A DNA stretch of 64,000 bases from Chiloscyllium plagiosum. Taxonomy: Eukaryota. Where the stretch lies: contig NC_057728.1 of NCBI RefSeq assembly GCF_004010195.1, positions 40,796,376 through 40,860,375 of the forward strand. Reading direction: 5' to 3'. Both the position numbers and the translations under genes were made by a program. Under the pieces are notes generated by a model. The model was not told the DNA's origin. It saw only the letters and a list, made by a program, of their open reading frames with translations, and searched no databases. This document shows, in pieces, positions 25,901 to 39,319 of the stretch. Numbering within the stretch: position 1 is the stretch's first letter; each line of letters starts with the position of its first letter.

Positions 25901-27764
25901 ATAACACATACCTAAATGGGCCACAAAGACAAGGAACTAAAAACTGGATTATAGTGATATTCAAGTGTTGGGGCCATTACTTGCAATTTGCCCATGCCAC
26001 TTCTGGTGGATAGTGGCAACACATAGGAGTGATGCCACCAACTCATTTCATCGACAGTAGTTTTTGACCAAGCAGCTGCTGTGCTACTTGCTACCATTGA
26101 ATGACACTGGCTGCCTCTGTTCTCAGCAAACAGCTGAGCTGTATAAAAATCAAAATAACTGCGGGTGGTGGAAATCAGAGACAAAGGACTAGTCCCCCAA
26201 GGACTATTCTACTCTAAAAATCAGTGCCCTACTGAGACAGTGTGCATTGCAGTGATACTAGGTTCTTGAATTAGAAATTGAACTACGTTTTTGTGTTCAT
26301 GTTTACATAAGAGAACCACACCCTAGCAAAACTGAAAGAGAAGAAGACTTTTTTTCTGATATTCTGGCTAAAGAAGCAAATTAATTGATCATTTGTCACA
26401 TTTTCTAATTTGGACAGATCAAGTGTTGTATTTGTTGGCTACATTTCAAACTACTTGGTTACAACAACTGCTGAGGCATGTGGCCAGTAATAAACAAATA
26501 AGGACCCATAAATATCTTTTAAAAAACTTATTCAAAGGATTTGGACATTTTTGGTTCGGCTAACATTTATTGCCCATCCCTTATTGTCCCTGAAAGATGG
26601 CAGTAGGTGCCTTCTAGAACTCTTGTAATGTAGGTGCACCTTCAATGCTGTTAGGAAGGAAAATCCAGGATTATGGTGAAACAGCAGCTGAGAATTGACT
26701 GCCTTGGTCACCTGTTCCCTCTGGGGTTGCCAATTGAGCTTCCTGGGCCCTATGAAACCATGGATCATCTCACTTATTCACCTTCACCCAACGAAGCCTC
26801 CAGGACCACACCTATAATCTGGAGTCTCCTTTATGCCCTGATTTCCCATTTTTTAGAATTATAGAAAAGATATTCAGCAGCAACGTTTTCTCATTTATTA
26901 TAATTTACTCTTAAGAGGGACAAACTACCTTCAAGAATCGCTGGTTGGCTACACAACATACAATTGGTATAACATAGCGAAGCAGTCACAAACAAAAACA
27001 GAAATTGCTGAAAAAGCTGAGCAGATCTGGTAGCATCTGAGGAGAGAAATCAGAGTTAACGTTTCAGTTCCAGTGACCCTTTATCAGAACTGTACTTGGA
27101 GGAGGTGGACTTGCAGCCAGTGCCTTCCAGCTCACGGGTTAGAGTACTATCAGTGGAACAACTGACACTAACAGTAACATCACATATGCCCGTGCTACAA
27201 ATTTACATTGTAAATCAAAGTGTTAAGGAAAACCCCACAGAATTGCAAATTTAATTAGGTGTGAATTGTTCTATTTATCAGGTAATTAGATAGTATCTTC
27301 AAACTGTAAAATTTAACAATATTATTATTGAAAGACAAGTTTAAGAAAAACATCAGAATTAGTCACTTTGGCTGTAAATGTGGCTTTTGTTTTTGTTTTT
27401 CTCTTCATAACAATTATATTTTCCAAAGTTCTTACCAACCTGCTATAAATATTTGCACCATGCCTGTCACTTATGTGAGCCTTGACACTTAGAATCAAAT
27501 AAAATCTATTCACCTGGAACAGTCTGCATCACAACCTAGCACATTGCTGATCTGACCTGACATTCCATCGGCACAGGCTTCTAGATAGATTTTGTGTCAA
27601 GTGAAGCAGAGAAACCTGACCTTTATTTTCCTATGTAGTCCATTGATATTGAAGTTAATTGTAGATTTAAAATGCATTGTAAACCTGAGTAACATTGTAT
27701 TCAAAATGGTGCTACAAAACAGCAGGTGGGAAGACAGACAACCTTTGGGTATAAATGTACCTTT

Positions 27765-28228
27765 GGGGTGTTATGTTGAGGTTGTATAGAACATTGGTGA
27801 GGCCTCTTCTGGAATACTGTGTCCACTTCTGGTCGCCCAGTTACAGGAAGGATATTGCCAAGCTGAAGAGGGTTCAGAAGATCTTTACCAGGATGTTGCC
27901 AGGTATGGAATGTTTGAGTTATAAAAGAAAAGGCTGGATGGGCTGGGACATTTTTCACTCGAGCATAGGAAGTTGAGAGGTGACAAAAGAAGTTTATAAA
28001 ATAATGAGCGGTATAGATAGAGTTGATGGTAATTGACTTTTCCCTCATGGGGAATTTCAAGACTAGGGGACACATTTTTAAGCGAGGAGGAGAGAGATTT
28101 AATAAGGACAGAAGAGGCAAATATTTTATACAGAGGATTGTTCGTATGTGGAATGAACTTCCTGAGGAAGTGGTGGATGGCAGTTCAATTACAACGTTTA
28201 AAAGACATTTGGATGAATACCTGAATAG
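27765..28228 (+). mobile_element. CR1 3' fragment
   Basis: VMLRLYRTLVRPLLEYCVHFWSPSYRKDIAKLKRVQKIFTRMLPG...WNELPEEVV. Confidence 0.9.
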
Positions 28229-29001
28229 GACTGTTTCGCTGTCTACTCAATACGTCTTCCTCCCACCTCCCATTATGAGCAGAAATACTGCCATTTCCCC
28301 GCTGCTGTCAGTTCTGACCTGGGGTCACTGAATTCAAAACATTAATTCTGTTTTTCTCTCCACAGGTGCTGCCAGACCTGCTGAGTTTCTCCAGTAAGTT
28401 CTGTTTTTGATATAGATCTGCTAGCACTTTTTAACACTAATGTCTCAGACCAGAAGGTGGAGACATAACATCAACCTTATGAGTGAGTGAGGAATTTATA
28501 GTCCCGTTTAGATAATTCTTCCACCTGTAAGAATATCTTAGATTCTAAACGAGTGGTAACAGAAACCATTTAGCATTATTTTCTTTTGCCAATGTTTTCC
28601 ACTCTCCTGCAGACCTAAACTCTTGCAATGACTGGCTCTAAGGGAGAAAGCTCTCTCTTCTTTCATTATTGCAATAGTTAGATTCCTATGCTATAACAGA
28701 TAATTTTTTAATAGTCCTTTCATTTTACCTGGCCTCAGAAGGGATGTTTATTTTAAAAATAAAGAGGAAGAACTCAGCTTGGTTAGCTTATTTTGGCACT
28801 TGATTCTCTTCCTGCTGTCTCTGACAAAAAGAAACTCCTGTTCCAGCTAGTAGTTGAAATTGCAGTGTTGGATCTTGAACTGTACATTTAAAAAAAAAGG
28901 CCCACCATGCTCAATGAGTTGTCCGACTGCCTGCTTAAAAAAAAAGGTTAAAATTCTTGACAGCACTGTGGTGGTGTGTAAGTTATCTAATTGATCTTTG
29001 T

Positions 29002-29325
29002 GGGCGGCACAATGGCACAGTGGTTAGCACTGTTGCCTCACAGCACCAGAGACCCGGGTTCAATTCCCGCCTCATGCGACTGACTGTGTGGAGTTTGCAC
29101 ATTCTTCCCGTGTCTGCGTGGGTTTCCTCCGGGTGCTCCGGTTTCCTCCCACAGTCCAAAAATGAGCAGGTCAGGTGAATTGGCCATGCTAAATTGCCCC
29201 TAGTGTTAGGTGCAGGGGTAAATGTAGGGGAATGGGTCTGGGTGGGTTGTGCTTCGGTGGGTCGGTGTGGACTTGTTGGGCCGAAGGGCCTGTTTCCACA
29301 CTGTAAGTAATCTAATCTAATCTAA
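29002..29325 (+). mobile_element. tRNA-derived V-SINE (shark HE1-like), full length
   Basis: A box TGGCACAGTGG, B box GGTTCAATTCC, V-domain GTGTGGAGTTTGCACATTCT..GTGGGTTTCCTCCGGGTGCTCCGGTTTCCTCCCACAGTCCAAA, CR1-like tail, (TCTAA)n end. Confidence 0.92.
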
Positions 29326-29682
29326 GCTTCTCTCCCAGCTTTTTCACGCACAGTGGATAGGATTAAAATCACCCCTTGTGCATTTTTTCAGATGTTTTAA
29401 AAATAACTAAATTTGAATGCATATGTTTTACAAATGAAACATTACAACCCCTCCATTTCCTATCAAAGGAGATAAAGCAGAATTTAATTAATATAATTTA
29501 TTTATTATCCACTCAGTGGAACCATTCATTTTCTGATGTGACAGACAACCCAAACCTGTTGCAATTCCCGCACTTTTGTTAAAGTATCAGGCTGCTTATC
29601 TAACATCCAGCATAGATAAGCATAAACATCCTCCACTTTAACATTGGGAAGATTAAAATCCATATATTTAGTGCCAAGAATG

Positions 29683-30140
29683 TGGCAGTGGAAAAGCACA
29701 GCTGGCCAGTCGGCATCTGAGAAGCAGGAGAATTGACACTTCAAGCATAAGCTCTTCATCAGAAATGAGGCTTGTGGGCCAAGAGGGTAGAGAGATAAAT
29801 GGGAGGGGGTGGGGCTTGGGGAAAGGTAGCTGAGAGTGCGATAGGCAGATGAAGGTTGGGGTGAAGGTTATAGGTCGGAGAGGAGGGTGGAGTGGATAGG
29901 TGGGAAGGAAGATGGACAGGTAGGACAGGTCAAGAGGGTGGTGCTGAGTTGGCAGGTTGGATCTGGGATAAGGAATCTGGGATCTCTGTTTCAGCCCCCT
30001 TGACCCACAAGACTCATTCTTGATGAAGGACTTATGCTCGAAATGTTGATTCTCCTGTTCCTAGGATGTTGTCTGACCAGCTGTGCTTTTCCAGCAACAC
30101 ACTCTCGATTCTGGTCTCCAGCATCTGAAGTCCTCACTAT
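29683..30140. mobile_element. Penelope-like family B inverted-repeat element
   Basis: Inverted arms homologous to 17700-18000 and 38220-38380. Confidence 0.8.
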
Positions 30141-30379
30141 GTCCTTGTATTTAGTTCTTAGTCTCACTTCCTAGCAAATCTAAAATTAAATCAATTTATT
30201 TGTGAAATTTATATTATACATGATCTGCTTCTGACCAATTATTTGTGATTTTTGAGACCGTCTCTTCGCACATGTGCAATATTAGTTGACTTTGTCCTGT
30301 CATAGCTGATTTGTTGCTGAAACATGCATTTATGCTTTTATAAGATTTGATGGATCCAGCAGAGACTTGGCTGCTTTCC

Positions 30380-30600
30380 CACATTCCACACTCTATAGTC
30401 TGAGATAATCCAAAAAGCTGTTGTCCATGTTTTAATTCATGCCAGATTCAACTCATCTTTCACTCCTTTATTCACCAACCATAATAGCTCCAAGTCAAGC
30501 AGAAATTTGTTTTTAAAAATCCCATCCTTTTTTTCAATATCTTCATTGCCTCAGCCCACTCTATCATTGCTAGCTCCTTCACCTGTACAAGCTTTTGATG
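30380..30600 (+). mobile_element. L2-like LINE 3' remnant
   Basis: ATCCAAAAAGCTGTTGTCCATGTTTTA...TTCACTCCT...TTTAAAA..CTTCATTGCCTCAGCCCA resembles the L2 ORF2 end (QN.AARVL..ITP.L..FK..LHGLAP). Confidence 0.5.
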
Positions 30601-31200
30601 TATGTAAAATATGTTATGTATTAACTTAATCCTTAAAGTACACTGAATTACCTCATCTCGGCCAAGGTATCGGCAATGTGGTTAAAAGCAGAGAAAATTT
30701 AAATAAGCCGCCAGCTTTTAATCAACATGTACATGGATGCTGGATGAGATGTAAATGTCTCCGTTTTGATTACATTTAATCAGAACGCTGAAAAAAAACC
30801 ACTGGAAAATCACCAGTGATGCAAAAGCAAACTACTGCAGATGCTGGTGATGTGAAATAAAAACAGAAAATGCTGATAACATTTTACACGTCTGGCAGCA
30901 TCTTGAAAGAAAGGCAAATTCTATTTCTCTCTGCACAGCAGCTGCCAGACATGTTGAATATCTGCAGCATTTTATGTTGTAATGTTGCAGGTTGCCAATG
31001 CCTGTAAAATTGTCTCTCCACATATCTACATTTCCAAGAGTTGAACAATTTGGAGACAAAACATAATAGACTCTGCATGTAAGTTAAACAGTTTGGTTAA
31101 TGAGTTACCCAGGGCTCCTTTATAAAATAAACTTGACATTCAGAACTTGAACATGCAGCAACCCCAAAGCATCTCACTCATAACAGCGTCATACAATGTA

Positions 31201-33052
31201 CAGAGTCATAGAGATGTACAGCATGCAAACAGACCCTTCGGTCCAACTTGTCCATGCCAACCAGATATTCCAAACCAATCCAGACAATCCCACCTGCCAG
31301 CACCCGGCCCATATCCCTCCAAACACTTCCTAATCAGATACCCACCCAGTTGCCTTTTAAATGTTGCAATTGTACTAACCTCCATCACTTCCTCTGGCAG
31401 CTCTTTCCATACACCTACCACCCTCTGAGTGAAAAAGTTGCCCCTTAAGTATCTTTTGTATCTTTCCCCTCTCACCCAAAACCTATGCCCACTAGTTCTG
31501 GACTCACCAACCCCAGGGAAAAGACTTTGTCTATTTATCCTATCCATGCCTCAGCATGTCATCTGCAAACTCCAAAATTGGAGGTGTAGTGGACAGCGAA
31601 GAATTACAACAGGATCTTGACCCGATGGGCTAATGGGCTGAGAGGTGGCAGATGGAGTTTAGTTCAAAAAATGTGTGGTGCTGCATTTTGGGAAAGCAAA
31701 TCTTAGCAGGACTTATACACTTAATGGTAAGGTCCTAGAGAGTGTTGCTGAACAAAGAGACCTTGGAGTGCAGGTTCATAGCTCCTTGAAAGTGGAGTCG
31801 CAGATAGATAGGATAGTGAAGAAGGTGTTTGGTATGCTTTCTTTTATTGGTCAGAGTATTGAGTACAGGAGTTGGGAGGTCATGTTCCGGCATTGGTTAG
31901 GCCACTGTTGGAATATTGTGTGCAATTCTGGTCTCCTTCCTATCGGAAAGATGTTGTGAAACTTGAAAGGGTTCAGAAAAGATTTACAAGGATGTTGCCA
32001 GGGCTGGAGGATTTGAGCTATAGGGAGAGGCTGAACAGGCTGGGGCTGTTTTTCCTGGAGCGTCGGAGACTGAGGGGTGACCTTACAGAGGTTTGTAAAA
32101 TCATGAGGGGCATGGATAGGGTAAATAGACAAAGTCTTTTCCCTGGGGTCGGGGAGTCCAGAACTAGAGGGCATAGGTTTAGGGTGAGAGGGGAAAGATA
32201 CAAAAGAGTCCTAAGGGGCAACTTTTTCACACAAAGGATGGTACTTGTATGGAATGAGCTGCCAGAGGAAGTGGTGGTGGCTGGTACAAATACAGCATTT
32301 AAAAGGCTTTTGGGTGGATATATGAATAGGAAGGGTTTGGAGGGATATGGGCCGGGTGCTAGCAGGTAGGACTAGATTGGGTTCGGATATCTGGTCAGCA
32401 TGGACGGGTTGGACCGAAGGGTCTGTTTCCATGCTGTACATCTCTATGACTCAATGACTGTATAACTTATTAACTATACTTCTTATGCTCACCTCCAAAT
32501 CATTTATATAAATAATGAAAAGTAGTAGACCCAGCATCGATCCTTGTGGCACTCCACTGGTCACAGGCCTCCAGTTTGAAAAACAGCCCTCCACTACCAC
32601 CCTCTGTCTTCTACCTTTGAGCCTGTTCTGTATCCAATTGGTGAGTTCTCCTTGTATTCCATGAGATCTAACTTTGCTAACTAGTCTCCCCAGGGAACCT
32701 TGTTGAACGCCTAACTGAAGTCCATATAGATTACATAGACTGCTCTGCCCTCATCAATCTTCTTTGTTACTTCTTCAAAAAACTCAGTCAAATTTGTGAG
32801 ACATGATTTCCCATCCACAAAGCCATGTTGACTATCCCTAAGCAGTCCTTGCCTTTCCAAATACATGTGCATCTTGTCCCTCAGGATTCCCTCCAAAAAC
32901 TTGCCCACCACCAACGTCAGGCTCTGTAGTCCCCTGGCTTGTACTTACCACCTTTCTTAAACAGTGGCACCACATTAGTCAACCTCCAGTCTTCTGGCAC
33001 CTCACCTGTGACTATCAATGAAAGTTCTTGCCTAATACCATCAAAAGTGGCC
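31201..33052. mobile_element. CR1 cluster: minus-strand copy (31201-31571 and 32464-33052) with a plus-strand copy (31572-32463) nested in it
   Basis: RT and C-terminal peptides in the ORF track on both strands; (GACTCTAT)-type 3' ends at 31202 and ~32455; whole block flanked by TGTA (31197-31200, 33053-33056). Confidence 0.9.
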
Positions 33053-33574
33053 TGTAACTCCTTTTTGCATTACATTCCATAAATTCATATAATATTCAGT
33101 ATTTGGTGTGAGTTTACCTCCAACAAGGCATTTTACTGGATGCCTCCAATAACATAAGAAGCTGAATACTGTGGTATTGAAAAACCCAACAGACTTCTAT
33201 TGCAGCTGACCATTATGGAGAAACAGTATACCCCTGTACTCACAGGCACACAAGCATTGGAACTAATGTTAAGTTATTATTTTACAACAGAGCAGCATGC
33301 TTACAACAGTTTGATCTGAGGTGTGTGATTTATATGTATTTTTATATACATATATATTAATCTAAATTATTTTTGAGTTTGGATCTAGAATTTGAACTGA
33401 TGGAATTTGGATTTTATATATTTAATGATGAACTTATAAGTACTTCTGTAGTTATAGTGATTTAGTTTAGTAGTTTAGGGGAAATATCTATATCTTAGAA
33501 CAAATATATCTTTTTTGTTTCCTCTTGGTCAGTTCTGCTGAATGCTTAGCTGAAGCTGAATGTCTAAAGGAGTG

Positions 33575-34535
33575 CACTGACAAGTGGTAATTAACATTCA
33601 CACCACACAAATGTCAGGCCATCACCATTTCCAATAAGAGACAATCTAACCACTCCCCACTGACATTCAGTGGTGTTACGATCTCTAAATCCCCCAAAAT
33701 CAACATCATAGAGGTTATCTATGACTGGACACTCAACTGAACTCATCATATGGAGAAAGTGAGGACTGTAGAAGCTGGTCATCAGAGTCAAACGTGTGGC
33801 GCTGGAAAAGCACAGCAGGTCAGGCAGGACAGGAGAGTCAACGTTTCAAGCATACACCCTTCATCAGGGATGTGGAGGACTTTCCTGCTCCTTAGATGCT
33901 GCCTGACCTGTTATGCTTTTCCAGCTTCACACTTTTGACTCTGAACTCACCATGTTTCTATAGTGGTGACAAGAGCAAGTCAGAGGCTAGGGATGCTAAA
34001 GCAATTAACTCACCTCCTGACTCCCCAAAGCCCACCATCTACAAGGCATAAGTCTGGAGGGGGATGGACTGCTTGGGTGAGTGCAGCTCAGCAGCATTCA
34101 AGAAGCTTGACCTCATCCAGCACAAATCAGCCCACTTGATTAGGCCCACATCCACAAGCATCCAAGGCTCAGGAACAGCATTGTACTATCTGCAAGATGC
34201 GCTGCAGAAATTCATCAGTAATCCTTAAACAGCACCTTCCAAATCCGCAATCACTTCCACTGAGAAGGACAAGGGCGGCAGAGGCATGGGAACACCACAA
34301 CCTGCAAGTTCCCCTCCAAGCCACTCACCATTCTAACTTGGAAATATATTGCCATTTCTTCACTATCACTGGGTCAACACCCTAGAATTCTGTCCTTAAC
34401 AGCATTGTGGATCTACCTATAGCACGTAGACTGCAGCACTTCAAGAAGGTAGCTCACCATCACCTTCTCAAATGCAACTAGGGACATGCAATAACTGCTG
34501 GCCAACCAGCGAAGCCCACATCCCACAAGTGAGTT
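33575..34535 (+). mobile_element. Older CR1-like LINE 3' fragment, interrupted by a Penelope-like fold-back (~33753-33940)
   Basis: CACAAATGTCAGGCCATCACCATTTCC..., 3' UTR ending GCCCACATCCCACAAGTGAG; same family at 11760-12250, 20300-20570, 39320-39910, 41985-42230. Confidence 0.8.
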
Positions 34536-34939
34536 TTTAAAATTTGCTTCTAAGAAAGGGAGAGGACAGCTTAGAATTGTTAAAAATAGATTATTCTGGT
34601 AGAATGAATTTAGTTTAAAAGTTCTAGATGAGAAGTGTTTGGTTAAAATCTTAGAGGTGTTATTTGAAGCTGAGAAAAGTTTAGGTTGGTTATATGATGA
34701 GTTAAGGAAGAGGATATCAGATTCTTATGATAATATCAGGTAGGTTTTCTACTTACTTAGTGCTATTTTGGAGAAAGAAAGTGGTAGAACTAGCACAATG
34801 TCTGGACACAAGTAAGCCTTTCAATGAAGAAAATTACTACCTTAGTAGTTTTACACTAAACTTTTTATCTAGAGCACTTTGAAGTTGTACTTCCTGAACC
34901 ACTTTTTAAAAATTACATTAATAGCCTTTCCTGTTCAGC

Positions 34940-35572
34940 TGTCACAAAGCTGGTCCTTTTTCGAAAAGCTGTTCCTTCTTCTCAAGGTTACCGAGTCCTT
35001 GATCTTTTTTCAGAGGGGTCATAAAACAGCCCAGGCTCCGAGTCAGCTGAAGTGGTACAGATATGACAGGGTTTACTGAGAGGATTTTTGTTTATACATA
35101 AACAAACGAGTCTTCAGGCCAAAGCTGTTATGTTTTAGAAGTAACCTGGACAATCAAGAGGGACATGGCTAGCTCTCTAGCTGTGCAGTTCAGTTCAGCA
35201 GCAATGTGTGTGGAGGAGAGGCTGCTGGAGTCAGTCAGTTGAGACTGGAACTTCTCTCTCTTCTGTCCTTCTAATTTCATTTTTACTCTGTGTTTAAGGA
35301 GTTTGTTTATTGGTACTGTTGTGTACTTTCAGAACAGCATGACTAAGTCTAGTTTGAATAGACTGAGTTCTGTGGGTATTCTATATTCTGCTTTTTGTGT
35401 TTCATTCCATAGTTTTGTGAATAAATTTTTATCTGTTTTTAAAACCTGGTAGTCAACCTAGCTAACTTACTCCGGGTCATTTTCACTTTACATTTACTGA
35501 AACAAATAGCAAAGTTACAGTCTGGGCTGCCTGCTTAAGAATGTTTTGAATGGTCTGGCCACGTCCATAACA
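34940..35572 (+). mobile_element. Solo-LTR-like repeat
   Basis: Starts TGTCAC, ends CATAACA, internal AATAAA at ~35420; no TSD found. Confidence 0.4.
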
Positions 35573-37709
35573 AGAGATAGAAATGCAGAGTACTTATAAT
35601 ACTTCAGTACAAGTCATTAGCCTTTAGTTTTTATTGAATTTGTAATTTCAGACATTTTTATTTTTAAGTAAGGCAGTCTTACAATATTTTTTAACTTGAG
35701 AGAACTTACATTCAAATCAAAAATACATAAACTGAGGCTTCTTGGTGTTCTATGCCCTATCTACAAATCTGTATGAATATCTGCACTCATAGAAACTAAT
35801 GCTGCTAATGCTAAAACATTTTTTCATTGTCCAAAATTCTCTACTGTCCAAAGCTGTTGGCTCTTTGCATTTTAATTAATTTTCCAAATTGTTTTCTCTC
35901 CGGTATTGGAGTCATTTTGTATATGCACTTCACCACTGGTCCCATAATGTGAACTTACCCACAACAGGGTGTTTTTTAACATGATGAGGTCATGCTTATG
36001 TTACCTCCCATAATACAAACATAAATATTTTTACATTGAAGAATTCAACAGAAACTTGTTACAGCTGATCCAACACTACAAGCATAACAGTTACAGGCAC
36101 AATAGTGCCTGAGCTAACATTAAACTATTATAATATAACAAAGCATGATGCTTGCTTCAAGTGATTCAGGGCAAGTTGGAGTATGAGATGTTATACCCTC
36201 AGGTCACATGATAGTGATGATGTCATGAAATGACTCTTAAAGGTATACTGACATATTGACCTTGAGGTCTTGCACAATATTATTGTCTACTTATGTTAAT
36301 AAAACATAAACTAAGGTTTTGTAGTGCTGTATGCATTAATAACAGGTTATGCAATCTACTTACACCATGTGTATAACATAACTTCATAGAAATTCTAATA
36401 TGAAAAAATTATTCACTCCAATCAATCTTTTTCAGTGATTACTCTCTGTGTAAACAACAATCCTAACCACTTTCATCCACCAGCTCCCATTCTCCTTCTG
36501 CCTCTTGTCTTTTATCTTACCTACTCCAATTTTGAATGTTGACCATTTTCTGCCTCAATCTTTAAATCTGGAGGAGAATTTCACTCCCTTAACATTCATT
36601 AAATAAAAAGTTTCTCCTGTCTATTCTAAATTTCACACATTGAATTTTATTCCTAAGTTATCAACTATCTGATTCTATCTCACTGTGCCCTGGACATCTA
36701 ACACTAATAAAGCTGCAATGGCTTGAGAATTTGCCTAGTGTGGCTAATGCAAAATAACATTTCTGAATTTAATTTTGTTCTCATGATAGCATGTTCACAA
36801 GCAGGGGTTGATTTGTAATTCTGCCTTGGCACTCTGGTAGCAGGAGAAACAGCAGCAGCTGTTGATGTAATGTCAAAAGAGTGAGGTGATTGACTTAATG
36901 TGCAGGCATCTGTGCCAGTAATTCATTTTTCTGGAAGATGGATGGTTTCTTTTTGACATATAGTAGGATAATGACAAACAACATGATTGAGTTTACAAGT
37001 GCAAAGAAGAGGAGTATGGAACTGCAGACCAATGAGTTTGCAGAAAGAAAACCTGAGAAATCTTGGTGCATCAGAACAAAATGGTTAACAACTGCCTGCA
37101 GCTGGATTTACATCTCTTGTGATTTTTGTTTCTGTTTAAGTCAAAGTCGTGATCTATCCCAATGTATGTGAGGAAGGAGTGTGAAACAACAGATGACAGT
37201 CTTTATACACTCATGTATTTATATCCACAGTTTTAACAATGGAACATTTTTTATCCAAAAGAAGCACTACCTAGAAAACTTAAATATTGCTAAGAAGAGA
37301 AATGGGACCTACACACATCAGGACTAAAGCACAATAAAATTAATTTAGAAAATAAACAATAATGCAGACAACATGAGGAGAAGGTTCTGATCAGTTGATC
37401 TATTGTTGACATGGAGATGCAGCAGGAACTGTTAATTTGTCTTATTTAACTGATCAAATTCAAACCATACCTGTCAACTATGATTGGTCAGGGCATTGCT
37501 GTGGAGACTCAACATTGGATTACCTGTCTCACTTTACTCAGTGAAAAAGATGCAATGTTTGGACAGAGTCTTTTGTTGCCATCAAAGAAAAAGGCACTGA
37601 GTTTGAATAAATGTAACTTCTTGTATATGAAAATTTATCATACATTCATCCTGACTGGTAATCAAAATGGTTTCTGTTGCAATTCTCAGTGCAGTCATGA
37701 TTATTTAGT

Positions 37710-38380
37710 GAATACTGTCCAATACCTGTTGCACCCAAAATGGTCTCCTCTACATCGGGGAGACAACACGCCTACTTGTGAATCGTTTCAGAGAACATCT
37801 CTGGACACCCACATGAAGCAACACTACCGTCCCTTTGGCCGAACACTGCAACTCTTCCTCCCAATCCACCAAGGACATGCAGGTCCTGGGCCTCCTCCAT
37901 TGCCAAACTCAAACTACCAAATGCCTGCAGGAAGAACACCTCATCTTCTGCCTTGGGACTCTCCAACCACATGGGATCAATGTGGATTTCATCAGTTTCC
38001 TCATTGCCCCTCCCCCAATCTTATCCCAGCCCCAAGCTTCCAACTCGGCACCGCCCTCTTGATCAGTACATTGTCTTTCCCATCTGTCTGCTCCACCCTC
38101 CTCTACAACTTATCACCTTCTCCACTACTTTCATCTACCTATTGCATTCTCAGCTACCTATACCCCCAGCTCTTCCCCTGTCTCCCCCCCCCNNNNNNNN
38201 NNNNNNCAGCATCCACCCCCCCCCCCCCCACTCTCCGGCCCACAAGCCTCATTCCTGATGAAGGGCTTAGACCCAAAACGACAATTCACCTGCTCCTCAG
38301 ATGCTGCCTGATGTGCTGTACTTTTCCAGCGCCACACTCTCAACTCTGATCTCCAGCATCTGCAGTCCTCACTTTCTCCA
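37710..38380 (+). mobile_element. Penelope-like family B 3' fragment (assembly gap 38193-38206)
   Basis: GLLYIGET GIY-YIG motif (GGTCTCCTCTACATCGGGGAGACA), LGTLQPHGINVDF, terminal repeat as at 17880-18000. Confidence 0.85.
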
Positions 38381-39319
38381 CATTTTATTCTTTATAGTTA
38401 AAATACAATCAAAAGAAATAAGCATTGGAATAACAACGTTATTGGAAAATTTGACAGAATAATGATTTAGCTACTAAACCACAACAGTTCCAATAGTAAC
38501 ATTGGACAAACACACCCTTGGCAAAGGCAAATTCAGTAAAATCGATCTTCTCGCAGCAGGAAGAGAACCCCAGCTTTTAGAGAGAGGAATAAGAGCTTCC
38601 ACATCCAGCTTCTCCCCCAGCAATTGCTGAAAGCTGAACTAAAACCATAGTTCTGTGGGAGCTTGAGTCCATCCACTCATGCTGCTTCAATTGCTCCAAC
38701 TTAAAAAACATGGCCTTACAAGCAGTTTATTTTATTAACTTGGAGGAGACAGCTTGCTACCTTTTCCTCATTTGGTAGCAGCTGTGGGGAGAAAGCTGAG
38801 TTAATGTTTTGGGTCTAGTAACCCTTCTTCATGAGCAGTGTAACCAATGTTGTTAATAAACTTCAAGTCATCTGTCTCAGCAAGATCTCAGTCTTTGTGC
38901 CATATATTAAATGGACTAACATATAGAGAAGCATTTAGACCATATCATACTGACAGTGGTATTTGCCTTCAGAAAACACAACAGTTCTTGCATCAGTCCT
39001 GCATGTCTGAAAAGAATGTCTTCATCCTGATTGGTTAAGGAGATACTCAGATGTTTGTCTCCTTACACAGATTTTGGTTGCCCTGTTGGAAATGGCTTTC
39101 TAGTCACAGTAAGTTCCAATGCAGAAGCACATAGAAAGTCTGTGAGCAAGATTACATGGCAATAATAGTGCCATTCATTCTAAGATAACTAAAAGGTTCA
39201 GCTGAAAATATAGATTATGGACAAAATCAAAATAAAACCCAATACAAATTTCTTGTTATTGGTAATCAATCCCACTTGGATGCAACCAAAACTCCTGTGC
39301 CATTCCAGCATTGACTATT

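Noticed and set aside
37480..38349. 289-aa ORF
   Set aside because: Chance read-through from unique DNA into an off-frame Penelope-like fragment and across an N gap.
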